A stretch of 64,000 nt of DNA from an uncultured Rhodospirillaceae bacterium (GCA_913052165.1 CAJXEC010000001.1:30056-94055); one strand, 5' to 3'. Shown: positions 38,105 to 49,514, numbered from the stretch's first letter. Numbers and translations are program-made. Notes: generated by a model not told the origin, from the sequence alone.

Positions 38105-39267
38105 TTAAAATAGTAGACCCCGTAGATCTGGCACAAAGACTGATCCGCTGCCCGAGCGTTACCCCAGATGACGGAGGTGCTTTAGATACCCTCCAAAAGG
38201 CTCTAGTTGCGCTTGGTTTTGAATGCAAGCGACTTAAATTTGATGATAACGATAGTCCTCCAGTAGATAACCTTTACGCGCGCCTTGGTAATAAAGCCCC
38301 AAATTTCTGTTTTGCCGGCCACACGGACGTTGTCCCTGTAGGGGATCTAAAGGGCTGGACCTTAGACCCATTCGGAGCAGAGATTATAGAGGATACACTC
38401 TATGGTCGGGGTGCGACCGATATGAAATCGGCGATAGCTAGTTTTATCGCCGGGACCTCTAAGTTTTTGCAGAAAAACGGTGCCGACTTTGGAGGATCCA
38501 TTTCTCTTTTGATAACAGGGGACGAAGAAGGGCCATCCATTAACGGAACAAAAAAAGTTCTCTCCTGGATGGAGGGTGTTGGCGAAGAATTAGATGCCTG
38601 CCTCGTGGGGGAACCAACCAATCCTAAAGAACTTGGAGAAATGGTAAAGATAGGACGTCGTGGATCTTTATCAGGAAAAGTAAAAGTGTATGGAGTCCAA
38701 GGGCACACTGCTTACCCTCATTTAGCAAAAAACCCTTTGCCCGCCCTCGCGAAACTTACGACGCTGCTATCAGAGACCCCGCTGGACAGAGGCAACGAAC
38801 ATTTTCAACCCTCGAACTTACAAATCACATCGATAGATGTCGGAAATACAGCCACAAATGTTATCCCCGCCAGTGGCCAACTGCGTTTTAACGTTAGGTT
38901 TAACGACCAACATTCCGGCGAGTCGCTCATGGAATGGATTGAAAAAAAATGTGAGTCTTTGGAAGCTGGTTTTGATATCGAATTCCGACTTACCGGTGAG
39001 GCATTTTTAACACCGCCCGGAAATTTAAGCGATATTTTATCGACTGCGGTAAAGGGGGTGACGGGAAAGCAGCCCGAGTTAAGCACTACGGGGGGGACGT
39101 CAGATGCGCGGTTTATAAAAGACTTTTGCCCCGTAGCCGAATTTGGGCTCATAAGCCAGACCATGCACAAAGTAGATGAGAGGGTCGCAATAGAAGATAT
39201 TCGCAACTTGACTAAAATTTACGAATCTGTGCTTGAACAATATTTTAAATCTAATGACAAAAAATAA
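38101..39267 (+). CDS. dapE: Succinyl-diaminopimelate desuccinylase
   Basis: [45 protein letters not shown]. Confidence 0.96.
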   Translation: MIKIVDPVDLAQRLIRCPSVTPDDGGALDTLQKALVALGFECKRLKFDDNDSPPVDNLYARLGNKAPNFCFAGHTDVVPVGDLKGWTLDPFGAEIIEDTLYGRGATDMKSAIASFIAGTSKFLQKNGADFGGSISLLITGDEEGPSINGTKKVLSWMEGVGEELDACLVGEPTNPKELGEMVKIGRRGSLSGKVKVYGVQGHTAYPHLAKNPLPALAKLTTLLSETPLDRGNEHFQPSNLQITSIDVGNTATNVIPASGQLRFNVRFNDQHSGESLMEWIEKKCESLEAGFDIEFRLTGEAFLTPPGNLSDILSTAVKGVTGKQPELSTTGGTSDARFIKDFCPVAEFGLISQTMHKVDERVAIEDIRNLTKIYESVLEQYFKSNDKK

Positions 39268-39858
39268 ATGATACCCAAAGATTTTGCTCAAGGACTCTAT
39301 GGCGCATGGTTGCTGGCATGTCTCAATCGAAATGCAATAAATCTTTTTGAAAATACGATAGAATCTTTCTGGCGTTCTTTTAATGCCGCATTCTTATGCG
39401 TACCAATTTTTATTGGCTTGATCATTATTCGATCGGTTGAGATAAATACTGGAGTTGGAAGTGTCGCATCAACCGCAATATACTCAATAAGCTATGTAAT
39501 CAGCTGGATCGCGTTTCCCTATGCGATGTATCACGTTACGAGGCTTCTGGGCACCGAAGACAAGTATTTTCGTTACATCTCAGCTTATAATTGGGCCACT
39601 TGCCTCCAGTTGGCAGCGCTTTTTATAGTGTCCGTTATCGGTAGTAGCGGTTTTCTGCCTCAGGGGTTGAGCGTGATCATCACAATGGTAGTGGTTTTCT
39701 CTATCTTTGGATACAAAGGTTTTCTTGCTCATGTCGGTCTAGAAATACGACATGGGGTAGCACTTGCAATTGTTTTACTCGACTTTATTTTAGCTTTGAT
39801 TTTTGAAAGCTGGACACTTCGTCTGCTTCAGGCGGCCCCAATAGCGTCGGGTGGATAA
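39268..39858 (+). CDS. Hypothetical membrane protein
   Basis: 196-aa ORF abutting dapE with about 5 TM segments (FWRSF, YISAYNW); 3' end overlaps truA. Confidence 0.75.
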   Translation: MIPKDFAQGLYGAWLLACLNRNAINLFENTIESFWRSFNAAFLCVPIFIGLIIIRSVEINTGVGSVASTAIYSISYVISWIAFPYAMYHVTRLLGTEDKYFRYISAYNWATCLQLAALFIVSVIGSSGFLPQGLSVIITMVVVFSIFGYKGFLAHVGLEIRHGVALAIVLLDFILALIFESWTLRLLQAAPIASGG

Positions 39859-40589
39859 GTAACGTCAGTGAGAAATAGACCACCCGCAGGCGCTGTCTCT
39901 CCCCCCTCAGTTCGATCGCGAGCAGCAAGGGCCCTTTTTAAATCCGTCAGTTGCCACTTTCCTTCACCTACAAGTCGAAGTGACCCAACAAAATTCCGAA
40001 TTTGATGATGCAAAAAAGACGGAGCGCTTACTTTGAAAATTATCTGATCTTTATCCGTGAAAACCGATAGAGAGTTTATAGTTTTAACCGGAGTTTTGGC
40101 CTGACACATGGTCGCCCTGAATGTCGTAAAGTCATGTTCGCCCACTAAAATCTGAGCCGCTTCATGCATAGCTCCCGCATTTAAAGGCCTTTTGACATGC
40201 CAAACACTCCCAGATTCCAGTGTCGGCGGGGATCTCCGATTAAGTATTCTATAGAGATACGACCTCTCAATCGCCGAAAATCTCGCATGAAATTTATCGC
40301 TCACTTTCTGCGCGACCAGAATGGATATTAGCTGCGGCCTCAGATGGGCATTAATTGCATCTCTAACGGTATCAGCAGAAAAATCTTTTTTTAGATCAAA
40401 ATGAGCCACCTGACCCAGGGCGTGAACCCCGGCGTCTGTCCTGCCGGCCCCTTGTACTATGATGCGCTCATTTGAAAAATTTTCGATCGCTCTCTCAAGT
40501 GACTGCTGGATTGAAGGACCGTTTTCCTGTCTTTGCCATCCGACATAATTGCGGCCGTCATATTCTATTTTCAAATACCACCTGTTCAT
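39828..40589 (-). CDS. truA: tRNA pseudouridine(38-40) synthase
   Basis: EYDG, GWQRQ, AGRTDAGVHA, FHARF, FLHHQIR. Confidence 0.97.
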   Translation of the reverse strand: MNRWYLKIEYDGRNYVGWQRQENGPSIQQSLERAIENFSNERIIVQGAGRTDAGVHALGQVAHFDLKKDFSADTVRDAINAHLRPQLISILVAQKVSDKFHARFSAIERSYLYRILNRRSPPTLESGSVWHVKRPLNAGAMHEAAQILVGEHDFTTFRATMCQAKTPVKTINSLSVFTDKDQIIFKVSAPSFLHHQIRNFVGSLRLVGEGKWQLTDLKRALAARDRTEGGETAPAGGLFLTDVTYPPDAIGAA

Positions 40590-41509
40590 TAATCAGACCT
40601 GACCGAGGACCCCACAGGAAGAGCGAAACCCCGCAAAAAGTCGTCTACAGGAAGAGCTTTACGCCCCGACCGCTGAAGTATTTCCAATTCTAGAGCTTCG
40701 CAACCACACGCAATTGTTGGGATGTTATCCAAAATTTCTCCAGGATCGCCTCTCGCATCTGAGACGGAAGCCTGAATAACCCTCACTCTCTCGCCACAGA
40801 ACTCAAACCAAGTTCCCGGCCAAGGATTGAGAGCTCTTATGTTGCGCTCTATCTGGGAAGCCGAGAGGGACCAGTCTATTAAACCCTCTGCCCTCGACAA
40901 TTTTTTCGCGTAGGTAGCAGCCGAGTGTACCTGCTCGATGGCGGTGACCTGCCCCTCAGAGATCAAAGTTGTCGCCTTAACAACTAGTGTAGAACCCAAT
41001 ATGGCAAGCTCATCGTGTAATTGCCGCGCAGTAGTCTTGGGCCTGATCGGACAACTCTCCTGCAAAAGTATCGGGCCAGTATCCACCCCCTCGTCCATCT
41101 GCATGATGCTAACACCAGTTTGAGAATCATCTGCCATTATTGCTCTCTGAATAGGAGCAGCGCCGCGCCACCTCGGCAAAAGTGAGACATGGATGTTAAT
41201 GCAGCCATGTTTGGGGCCAGTTAGCACTTCAGTGGGGAGAATTAGCCCATAAGCCATAACCACGGCCATGTCTGCGTCAAGAGCATTAAATTGATCTATG
41301 GCATAGATATCTCGTAAGTTTTCAGGGTGCCGAACCATTAGTCGGCGGACTTCCGCAGTTTTGTGGACTGCCGACTTGAGTAAATCGTGGCCACGACCCG
41401 CTGGTCTTGGCGGTTGCGTATATACACACAATAACTCGTGGCCTGCATCGACCAAACTGTTTAGTGCAGGGACTGCTATATCTGGTGTGCCCATAAAGAT
41501 TAGCCTCAT
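40589..41509 (-). CDS. fmt: Methionyl-tRNA formyltransferase
   Basis: FMGTP, TQPPRPAGRG, NIHVSLLPRWRGAAP, DTGP. Confidence 0.97.
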   Translation of the reverse strand: MRLIFMGTPDIAVPALNSLVDAGHELLCVYTQPPRPAGRGHDLLKSAVHKTAEVRRLMVRHPENLRDIYAIDQFNALDADMAVVMAYGLILPTEVLTGPKHGCINIHVSLLPRWRGAAPIQRAIMADDSQTGVSIMQMDEGVDTGPILLQESCPIRPKTTARQLHDELAILGSTLVVKATTLISEGQVTAIEQVHSAATYAKKLSRAEGLIDWSLSASQIERNIRALNPWPGTWFEFCGERVRVIQASVSDARGDPGEILDNIPTIACGCEALELEILQRSGRKALPVDDFLRGFALPVGSSVRSD

Positions 41510-41525
41510 GGCATTAGCCTTAAAC

Positions 41526-42035
41526 CTAACCTAGTTTCTTCAGCTTTTTCATTTTTCGCAAAATTATATTACGTTTAATTGAGGATAATCGATCCGTTAA
41601 TAGCACCCCATCAAGATGATCTATTTCATGTTGAATACAGATTGCCGCCAAACCGTTAGCCTGAAGCTCTTTAACCTCACTCTCCTCATTTATGTAACGG
41701 ATATGGACCGTTTCAGGCCTCTCCACCTCTGCATATTGTTGAGGGAATGATAAACACCCCTCCTCTCGTACCAAAAGAATGTCTGATGCACTCATTACCT
41801 CCGGATTTACCAATTTCAAAGGCTCCGGTTTTTCATCATGTCTCGCTACATCCATGACGATTATCCTTTTATTAACACCTATTTGTGGAGCGGCTAATCC
41901 AACACCAGGTGCCGCGTACATTGTTTCCAACATATCATCCATCAGCGCCCGAATTTGATCATCCACCTTCGATAAGGGGCTACAAACGACTTTTAATCGT
42001 GGATCAGGAGCCTTTATGATGTTTAGAATTGCCAT
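41526..42035 (-). CDS. def: Peptide deformylase
   Basis: GVGLAAPQ, EGCLS, QHEIDHLDG. Confidence 0.97.
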   Translation of the reverse strand: MAILNIIKAPDPRLKVVCSPLSKVDDQIRALMDDMLETMYAAPGVGLAAPQIGVNKRIIVMDVARHDEKPEPLKLVNPEVMSASDILLVREEGCLSFPQQYAEVERPETVHIRYINEESEVKELQANGLAAICIQHEIDHLDGVLLTDRLSSIKRNIILRKMKKLKKLG

Positions 42036-42182
42036 TGGTCTAAATTATTTATTTTTTGAAAACAAATTGCTTTCCTATTCCGACTAGGCATAAGCGTCAA
42101 GAAGTCGTCAAAGAAATAACCTCGATTCGGTCCTTCATGATAACTTAGGTCAGTTAAATTAAACCCTGTGAGGGACCTATAA

Positions 42183-43268
42183 ATGGATCCAATGTTCCTC
42201 TCTGCTGTTATTCTCGCCATTATCGTTGGTGTCATAATAACTTATGCGATGGATCACCATCGCCAAAAAAAGTCTGATAAGTCGTCAGAGTTAGCGGGAA
42301 GAATCATCCAAATAGCTGAATCTCAGGCCATGGCTCAAGCACAGTTGAACGAGAGACTTCAGGCTCAAGAACGTGCTCTAACAAAGGTCGTAGAGGAACG
42401 CTTATCTGATCTAGCTAAACGGGTGGGAGACAATCTTATTCAAAATACGACTCAAACCAATGAGACCATGACTAAGCTTCAAGAGCGATTGGCAGTGATT
42501 GATGCGGCACAAAAGAATATTACTGAGTTGTCGAGTCAAGTTGTCGGGTTACAGGACATATTGTCGAACAAGCAAGCAAGGGGAACCTTTGGTGAGGTGC
42601 AACTCCAAGATTTAGTCAAAAACGTACTTCCTCCTAGCTCATATAAGTTTCAGCACACTTTATCAAACGGACGAAGAGCGGATTGTATCGTCCACCTTCC
42701 AAATCCGCCTGGTTCAATTGTGATTGATGCAAAATTTCCTCTCGAAGGATACCGCGCCCTAACAAACGCTGTAGACGATACCTCTCGAAAAGCAGCGGTG
42801 CGGAAATTCACTGCAGATATTGCCACGCATGTAGCCCATATTGCGGAAAGATACATTCTTCCCGGGGATACCGCAGAGTCGGCCCTTATGTTTCTTCCCT
42901 CAGAAGCAGTCTATGCGGAGCTCCATTCTAATTTTGGGTCAACGGTTGAAGCCGCCTGGAAAAAGCGCGTTTGGATTGTTTCTCCAACCACCTTAATGGC
43001 AACTTTAAACACAGTTCGAGCAGTACTCCGAGATGCGCAAATGCGAGAACAGGCAGGTTTACTGCAGCAAGAAGTAGGTAAACTTTTGTTAGATGTAGGA
43101 CGACTGGAGGCCAGAGCAGATAATTTACAAAAACACTTACAACTATCAGAGAGTGATGTTAGGCAAATACTGATTTCAACTGGGAAGTTAACTAATCGAG
43201 GACAACGTATCCAAGAATTAGAGTTGGAAGACTCTGACCCTGATCCAGTGATCACTTCACAGGGCTAG
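42183..43268 (+). CDS. rmuC: DNA recombination protein RmuC
   Basis: N-terminal TM and coiled coil; RGTFGEVQL, IDAKFP, MFLPSEA, SPTTLMA. Confidence 0.92.
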   Translation: MDPMFLSAVILAIIVGVIITYAMDHHRQKKSDKSSELAGRIIQIAESQAMAQAQLNERLQAQERALTKVVEERLSDLAKRVGDNLIQNTTQTNETMTKLQERLAVIDAAQKNITELSSQVVGLQDILSNKQARGTFGEVQLQDLVKNVLPPSSYKFQHTLSNGRRADCIVHLPNPPGSIVIDAKFPLEGYRALTNAVDDTSRKAAVRKFTADIATHVAHIAERYILPGDTAESALMFLPSEAVYAELHSNFGSTVEAAWKKRVWIVSPTTLMATLNTVRAVLRDAQMREQAGLLQQEVGKLLLDVGRLEARADNLQKHLQLSESDVRQILISTGKLTNRGQRIQELELEDSDPDPVITSQG

Positions 43269-43278
43269 CATCTCGGGC

Positions 43279-43872
43279 TCAAAGTGGGAGGCGAGCACGC
43301 AGCGCCGCCGAGATTGTCCCATCGTCGAGGTAGTCCAGCTCCCCTCCAACTGGTACGCCATGTGCTAGACGAGAAACGGTTACTTCACATCCCGACAAAC
43401 GCTCGTTTACGTAATGAGCAGTAGTTTGTCCATCGACTGTAGCCGAGGTTGCCAGGATAATTTCTTTGACCAAGTCGCTTGCCGCCCGATCAATTAAACT
43501 AGAAATATTTAGGTCCTCTGGTCCGCGTCCATCCAGAGCAGAGAGCGTACCGCCAAGTACGTGGTATTGCCCAGAAAAAACCGCTGTCCTCTCCATCGCC
43601 CATAAATCGGAAACATCCTCAACAACGCATATCACAGAGGGATCGCGTCTAACATCTTCACAAACTCCGCATGGACTGCGAGAATCTATATTGCCACACA
43701 CTGAACAGGGATGGATCGACTCCGCTACCCTACGCAGAGAATCCGCCATTGGAAGCATCAGGCTTTCCCGACGTTTTAGAAGAAATAATACGACCCGGCG
43801 GGCGGAACGCGGACCTAAACCCGGGAGACGAGAAAAAATCTGCACTAATTGATCAATTGGGTTTCGGTGCAT
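43279..43872 (-). CDS. recR: Recombination mediator RecR
   Basis: [10 protein letters not shown]4 zinc finger, [18 protein letters not shown]. Confidence 0.97.
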   Translation of the reverse strand: MHRNPIDQLVQIFSRLPGLGPRSARRVVLFLLKRRESLMLPMADSLRRVAESIHPCSVCGNIDSRSPCGVCEDVRRDPSVICVVEDVSDLWAMERTAVFSGQYHVLGGTLSALDGRGPEDLNISSLIDRAASDLVKEIILATSATVDGQTTAHYVNERLSGCEVTVSRLAHGVPVGGELDYLDDGTISAALRARLPL

Positions 43873-43882
43873 TTAAATTCTT

Positions 43883-44206
43883 TTAGAACGGAAGTGTCAT
43901 GCCTGGCGGGAGACTCAAACCACCCGTCATTTTACTCATTTGTTCCTTCATGGCCTCTTCAACTTTTTTTCTTGCGTCCGCATGAGCTGCAACTATCAGG
44001 TCTTCTATTACCTCCACATCCTTTGAATTGAATAGAGATGGGTCAACAGAAAGTTTTTTTAATTCGTTTTTTCCAGAGAGAGTAACGGTCACAAGCCCCC
44101 CTCCTGCATTACCCTCGACTTCCATCTCAGTGAGTTGATCCTGCATTTCTTGGATTTTGCTCTGCATTTCTTGCGCCTGCTTCATCATCTGGCCGAAGTT
44201 TTTCAT
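43883..44206 (-). CDS. ybaB: YbaB/EbfC nucleoid-associated protein
   Basis: MMKQAQEMQ, AGGGLV, EDLIVAA; lies between dnaX and recR. Confidence 0.95.
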   Translation of the reverse strand: MKNFGQMMKQAQEMQSKIQEMQDQLTEMEVEGNAGGGLVTVTLSGKNELKKLSVDPSLFNSKDVEVIEDLIVAAHADARKKVEEAMKEQMSKMTGGLSLPPGMTLPF

Positions 44207-45978
44207 GGTTCAATCTCTTTTTCGTCTTCGTCGGGATTAGTTATGGCATTTTTGAAATCTTCTTCAGGCAGAGATCGTTCTGATACGGTCTCTACGCGTG
44301 CTCCTGGAAAGGCCTCCAGAGCCGCTTGAACCAACGGATGTGCTATGGCTTCATTACGTCTTTCTCTAGCGGCAGTCTCACGCACCGATCTGATCGTCGG
44401 CTGCCCCGGTCTTTCCGATAAACTAACTAACCACTGGTCCCCGGTCCATTCCTTCAAAAGCCTCGCCACTCTATTCGCCAGGTCTTGTGGAGCCTCAGAT
44501 CCAGCCCTAAAGCAGATATGGCCGCGCTCGAAACTTACTAAATTAACCTGACCGCGTAGCGCAGCAGCAATCAAACCTTCCCGTTTATTTTCGAAGAGTG
44601 CAACGACTGCCTCAAAACTATCTGGATTATAGTCTTCAGCGGTTATCTTTTCCATTTCGGGGTGCGCTAAAGCTTGTATTCCTCCTGAGGCCGCCAGTCT
44701 AGGAGCTGCAGGCAGAGCGCCAGAGGACTGGCCGGTAGGCGCCGACCCAAGCGCCGTGCGCTGCGGTTCAGAGGAATTCCCGGAACCCACCGACGGCCCT
44801 TGAGTCTGCAGCATCCTAATCAAATCGGCTGGTGGCGGAAGTTCAGACATTAGTGTAAGCCTGATCAAAACCATTTCAGCTGCCTGAATTCCTGAGGGTG
44901 CTGTGCGAACTTCTTCATTACCCTTCAGCAGAACTTGCCAGATTCGGCCTAGAGTTCCGATATTTAATCTTTGAGCAAGGTTGATCCCACGGGTCCGGTC
45001 TATCTCCGAATTTCCGGGAGAGTCCGCTGCTCCAGGATCAAGATTTAATCGAGTTAACCAATGAACAATTTGAAGCAAATCTCCTATAACTGCCAAAGGG
45101 TCTGCTCCCGAGTTATAAAGGGCGGCAAGTTCATCAATTGCCTCTCGAGCCTTTCCAGCAAGCAAATGTTCAAATAGATCATATATCCGACCGTGATCCG
45201 CCAAGCCGAGCATATCCTGCACACTTGCCTCGGTTATTTGGCCATCTTCCTGAATACCCGCGTGAGCCACTGCCTGGTCCAATAACGAGAGTCCATCTCG
45301 CACCGACCCATCCGCGGCTCTGGCAATCATGGCGAGGGAATCCTCAGAAACCGTGACATCCTCCTTTTGAGCGATTGACCGAAAATGATCCATGAGAACC
45401 CCAGTTTCGACCCGCCGCAAATCAAAGCGCTGACATCTAGACAAAACTGTAACAGGCACTTTACGAGTTTCTGTTGTGGCAAAAATGAATTTAACGTGTT
45501 CAGGTGGTTCCTCAAGAGTCTTTAGAAGGGCGTTAAAAGCGCTGGTCGACAACATATGCACTTCATCAATGATATAAATTTTGTATCGCGCCTCCAACGG
45601 CCGATAACGGACCCCATCAATCAGCTCACGTATATCGTTGACCCCCGTCCTGCTGGCTGCGTCCATTTCAATGACATCCACGTGCCGGTCTTCAGCGATA
45701 GCAACGCAATGGGAGCAGACTCCGCAGGGTTCAGCGGTGGCCCGCCCCGTTCCATCAGTCGATACACAATTTAATGCCCGGGCGATAATTCTAGCAGTGC
45801 TAGTTTTTCCAATACCCCTTACTCCAATGAGAATAAATGCATGTGGTAGACGGTCAATTTCAATAGCGTTCGTCAGAGTACGCACCATTACATCCTGACC
45901 AACCAGTTCTGAAAAAGTGCTTGGCCTGTACTTTCGTGCCAATACCCGATAAGTGCTTTTCTCTACAGTTTCATTCAT
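44203..45978 (-). CDS. dnaX: DNA polymerase III subunit gamma/tau
   Basis: LARKYRP, GIGKTS, DAAS, DEVHML, SRCQ. Confidence 0.97.
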   Translation of the reverse strand: MNETVEKSTYRVLARKYRPSTFSELVGQDVMVRTLTNAIEIDRLPHAFILIGVRGIGKTSTARIIARALNCVSTDGTGRATAEPCGVCSHCVAIAEDRHVDVIEMDAASRTGVNDIRELIDGVRYRPLEARYKIYIIDEVHMLSTSAFNALLKTLEEPPEHVKFIFATTETRKVPVTVLSRCQRFDLRRVETGVLMDHFRSIAQKEDVTVSEDSLAMIARAADGSVRDGLSLLDQAVAHAGIQEDGQITEASVQDMLGLADHGRIYDLFEHLLAGKAREAIDELAALYNSGADPLAVIGDLLQIVHWLTRLNLDPGAADSPGNSEIDRTRGINLAQRLNIGTLGRIWQVLLKGNEEVRTAPSGIQAAEMVLIRLTLMSELPPPADLIRMLQTQGPSVGSGNSSEPQRTALGSAPTGQSSGALPAAPRLAASGGIQALAHPEMEKITAEDYNPDSFEAVVALFENKREGLIAAALRGQVNLVSFERGHICFRAGSEAPQDLANRVARLLKEWTGDQWLVSLSERPGQPTIRSVRETAARERRNEAIAHPLVQAALEAFPGARVETVSERSLPEEDFKNAITNPDEDEKEIEP

Positions 45979-46026
45979 GTCAAACTGATCCGTGAAAAAT
46001 TCGACTGGTTGCGAGATATAAAACGG

Positions 46027-46125
46027 TGAGAGGCTGGTAAGACAACCCAGGAAAAATCTCGTTACGGCTGCTTCCTTCCGGACCTGACCGGGTTGGCGAG
46101 GATCCCGTCTGCCGCCAACCTCTCA
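46027..46125 (-). ncRNA. ffs: Signal recognition particle RNA (4.5S)
   Basis: Conserved GTCAGGTCCGGAAGGAAGCAGC core in a long hairpin closed by TGAGAGG/CCTCTCA; canonical position upstream of dnaX. Confidence 0.95.
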
Positions 46126-46194
46126 GCCTAACTATACCAGGATAAAGTCAAGAGTCCCAATAGCCTGGTCAGATTAATACATTAAGTTGCGCAA

Positions 46195-47136
46195 GTGCAG
46201 TCACTGTGCGACCTTGCAAAAATGCTGAAACCAAATTTTTTTACTGAAAATGGTCTAGAAAGGCTGTCTGAAAAACGAGGCGATAATAACTGGAAAAATG
46301 ATCTTTTGATCAGTGAGAATGCAGTTTTCCTACCGTTTTGGCGAACCAAGAGCCTCATTCAAGACTCTGCGTCAGCTAATTGCGAGATCAGCTTGCTTAG
46401 CTACGAGGAAATCTCACAATTTAATCGAAAAGATGATGAATTTATTTTTTTGGGCTTTCGGAATGACACGCCTTACTTTCTGACTGATCTGTCTGATATT
46501 GAGGATCCGAGCCAATACAGCTCATTATCGGGCAACCGTAGCTTAAAGGATTTACGCGAAGTTGGACTCAGCCTTTCTAGGGAAGAAGGCGGCATCTTGG
46601 CGTACTCCCGAGCCTTAGCCCAATGGCACAAAACCCATAAATTTTGTGGTCGCTGCGGTGGGAAAACCGAGTCCCAATCTGCCGGCCATGTGCGTCGCTG
46701 TTCAAACTGCGGAGCAGAGCATTTTCCCCGAACCGATCCTGCTGTGATTATGCTGGTGAGCTATGGGGAAAAGGTTTGCCTCGCAAGAAAAAGCGACTGG
46801 CCCAAAGACCGATTCTCCGTGTTAGCAGGTTTTGTTGAGCCTGGAGAAACCCCAGAAGGTGCGGTCATACGAGAAGTTAAAGAAGAAGTAGGCCTTGCTG
46901 TGACCAATGTCAGGTACCACTCTGCGCAGCCATGGCCCTTTCCTGCAAATCTTATGCTCGGATACTTTGCCGAAGCTGTATCGGATGAGATTTCGATAGA
47001 TGATATAGAAATCGAGGAAGCAAAATGGGTTACTCGAGAGGACTTAGAACCCGAAGCTTTGGCATACTTCGAAAACCCTACCTCAGTCTCAATTGCCCGG
47101 CGTCTTATAGCGGATTGGGTGACTAAAAAGTTTTAG
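46195..47136 (+). CDS. nudC: NAD(H) diphosphatase
   Basis: FCGRCG..CSNC zinc ribbon, FPRTDPAVI, Nudix box GFVEPGET..REVKEEVG, QPWPFP. Start may be ATG 46222. Confidence 0.93.
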   Translation: MQSLCDLAKMLKPNFFTENGLERLSEKRGDNNWKNDLLISENAVFLPFWRTKSLIQDSASANCEISLLSYEEISQFNRKDDEFIFLGFRNDTPYFLTDLSDIEDPSQYSSLSGNRSLKDLREVGLSLSREEGGILAYSRALAQWHKTHKFCGRCGGKTESQSAGHVRRCSNCGAEHFPRTDPAVIMLVSYGEKVCLARKSDWPKDRFSVLAGFVEPGETPEGAVIREVKEEVGLAVTNVRYHSAQPWPFPANLMLGYFAEAVSDEISIDDIEIEEAKWVTREDLEPEALAYFENPTSVSIARRLIADWVTKKF

Positions 47137-47162
47137 AAAACTCATTTAGTTAAAGAAATATT

Positions 47163-48020
47163 TTACTTGGTCTTTTTTCGGGCTTCATGCGCCGGATACG
47201 TGCCCAAAATCTTAACCTCGTGGGAAAAAAATTCGAGCTCCTCTAATGCCAGTTTCAACGCTGGATCTTCCGGGTGACCATCTACGTCAGCATAAAATTG
47301 CGTCGCGCTAAAGCTCCCACCGATCATGTAGCTCTCTAATTTTGTCATATTTACCCCAGTTGTAGCAAAGCCACCCAACGCTTTATACAAAGCCGCGGGG
47401 ACATTACGAACTCGGAAGACAAAACTTGTTATGATGGGTTTTAAGTTCTTTTTTATTGAGATCGGTTCCCTTGATAAAACTACGAACCGTGTTGTGTTGT
47501 GATGAGCATCCTCGATGTTTCTTTTTAGAGATCTAAGCCCATAAATCTCTCCAGCCAGACTGGAGGCGATTGCTGCCTCTTGCTTATCATTACGCTCAGC
47601 CAATTCTGCCGCAGCGCCTGCCGTATCGGCATGAACTATCGGCTCCAACCCTAGTTTGTGAATGACTTTTCCGCACTGTGCTAGTGCGTGAACATGGCTG
47701 CGAACAATTTTTATTGTTTTAAGCGACGCACCCTTTGGAGCGAGGAGGTGGTGATTAATGCGAAAAAAATATTCAGCCACAATATTTAAACCTGACTCTG
47801 GCAGCAGACGATGGATGTCGGCCACGCGACCTGCCACTGAATTTTCAATTGGCGTCATGGCAAATTTCGCTTTACCATCTGATACCGCAGCAAACATTTC
47901 CTCAAATGTTTGACACGGCACTGGTTGCAGTTCTGGGTAGGCTTTAGCACATGCCATATGAGAATAGGCTCCCGCTAATCCCTGAAACGCAATTATATTT
48001 GTCGCTTTTTTTTGTGCCAT
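47163..48020 (-). CDS. pheA: Prephenate dehydratase
   Basis: FQGLAGAYS, PIENS, NTTRF, ACT domain NMTKLES. Confidence 0.93.
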   Translation of the reverse strand: MAQKKATNIIAFQGLAGAYSHMACAKAYPELQPVPCQTFEEMFAAVSDGKAKFAMTPIENSVAGRVADIHRLLPESGLNIVAEYFFRINHHLLAPKGASLKTIKIVRSHVHALAQCGKVIHKLGLEPIVHADTAGAAAELAERNDKQEAAIASSLAGEIYGLRSLKRNIEDAHHNTTRFVVLSREPISIKKNLKPIITSFVFRVRNVPAALYKALGGFATTGVNMTKLESYMIGGSFSATQFYADVDGHPEDPALKLALEELEFFSHEVKILGTYPAHEARKKTK

Positions 48021-48047
48021 TTCTAAATCTCGGAGATGGTAATGTCC

Positions 48048-48779
48048 TTAGGGAGATATTCTGTTTCTAGCCCTTTCCAAGTCTGCGGGAGTATCAACAC
48101 CGTCTGGGATGGTGTCAACGAGTGCAACATCTATTCGCATTCCAGCTTCAAGAGCCCTCAACTGTTCTAGGTTTTCGCGCTTTTCAAGAATGCCTTGAGG
48201 CAAAGAAACAAAACTCTCCAACGCAGCCCGCCTAAAGGCATAAAGCCCTATATGATGATAAAACTCTCCATGCCCCCAAGGAACTGCAGCGCGGCTAAAT
48301 AATAGCGCTCTACCGATTTGCTCATCTTTGGGTATGGCTGCGACCGCTTTGACGGCATTTGGATCATTTCGTTCCCTTACATCAACTATCTCCGCGACTA
48401 GCGTCGCGATGTCGACATCTGTATTAACCAATGGTGTAAGAACGGAACGAATTATATCTGGAGCGATTGTCGGGAGATCTCCTTGGACGTTAACAACTAC
48501 ATCATGGTAGTTAGCTTTATCTATGATAGACAAAGCCTGGCAAACGCGATCTGACCCACTTGGCAAATCAGGGTCAGTCATTAGAGCTTTCCCGCCCGCC
48601 TGAGCCACTACCTCCATGATTTCTTGATCTCCCGCTGCAACATACACAGGACCGATGTCCGCCCTTTCAGCCTGACGAAGAACGTGAATAATCATTGGTT
48701 CCCCATGAATATCAATGAGAGGCTTTCCAGGTAAGCGGGTCGAGGACATTCTAGCCGGGATAATAATGATTGGGTTCAT
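48048..48779 (-). CDS. kdsB: CMP-KDO synthetase
   Basis: IPARMSSTRLPGKPL, SGSDR, NVQGD, HIGLY, LEQLRAL, VDT. Likely ATG at 48779. Confidence 0.95.
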   Translation of the reverse strand: MNPIIIIPARMSSTRLPGKPLIDIHGEPMIIHVLRQAERADIGPVYVAAGDQEIMEVVAQAGGKALMTDPDLPSGSDRVCQALSIIDKANYHDVVVNVQGDLPTIAPDIIRSVLTPLVNTDVDIATLVAEIVDVRERNDPNAVKAVAAIPKDEQIGRALLFSRAAVPWGHGEFYHHIGLYAFRRAALESFVSLPQGILEKRENLEQLRALEAGMRIDVALVDTIPDGVDTPADLERARNRISP

Positions 48780-48989
48780 ATTCACTGCCGACACTCTGAC
48801 AATTCGCCTTATCAAGTTTTCTAGCCGAAAATAAAGCCGATGGAAATTGCATAAAGAGAATTAATGCGGCAACTTGACGCGGAACACTACCCTCACTTAA
48901 CGCGCAATGATTAGACAGACAATGACGAAATGATTAAAATCTACGGTAGTTGGTAAAATCTCGAGATCCGTTGTTAAACAGGTGTGCTC

Positions 48990-49514
48990 ATGTCGTCGTT
49001 TGAGTTGAATAAGATAGTCGGGGCGATCCTATGCGTAGGTTTGGTCTCATTGGTGATCAGCATGATCGGAAATGCACTGGTCCGACCGCGTGATTATCAA
49101 CCATCTGAAATGAAAATAGCGGAAGCCGCGGCACCGGCGCCGAAAAAACAAATCAAACTCGAGCCAATTGGGCCTTTACTTGCCTCGGCAAGTGTTGAAA
49201 AAGGGAAAGCCCAATCCGCGAAATGTAAGGCCTGCCATGACCTAGCGTCCTCGAGAAAGAATAAAATTGGACCGCCTCTCTGGAATATAGTGATGGAAGG
49301 AGCAGGTAAGGCTGAAGGCTTCGGCTACTCTAAAGCACTGGTCGCTATGGGGGGTAACTGGGATTACGAAGCACTCAATGGGTTTCTAGCTAACCCCAAA
49401 CGTTATCTTAAAGGGACCAAAATGGCTTTTGCCGGAATAAAAAAAGCGAAAGACCGTGCTAATTTGATTGTTTATCTGCGAAGCCTAAGTGAGACCCCTA
49501 AACCATTGCCTTAA
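48990..49514 (+). CDS. Membrane-anchored class I cytochrome c (CycM/cy-like)
   Basis: N-terminal TM (FELNKIVGA), CKACH, GPPL, GTKMAFAG. Confidence 0.92.
   Translation: MSSFELNKIVGAILCVGLVSLVISMIGNALVRPRDYQPSEMKIAEAAAPAPKKQIKLEPIGPLLASASVEKGKAQSAKCKACHDLASSRKNKIGPPLWNIVMEGAGKAEGFGYSKALVAMGGNWDYEALNGFLANPKRYLKGTKMAFAGIKKAKDRANLIVYLRSLSETPKPLP

Noticed and set aside
44203..45978. Programmed -1 frameshift producing the DnaX gamma subunit
   Set aside because: No A-AAA-AAG slippery site or long A-run seen in the region after domain III.
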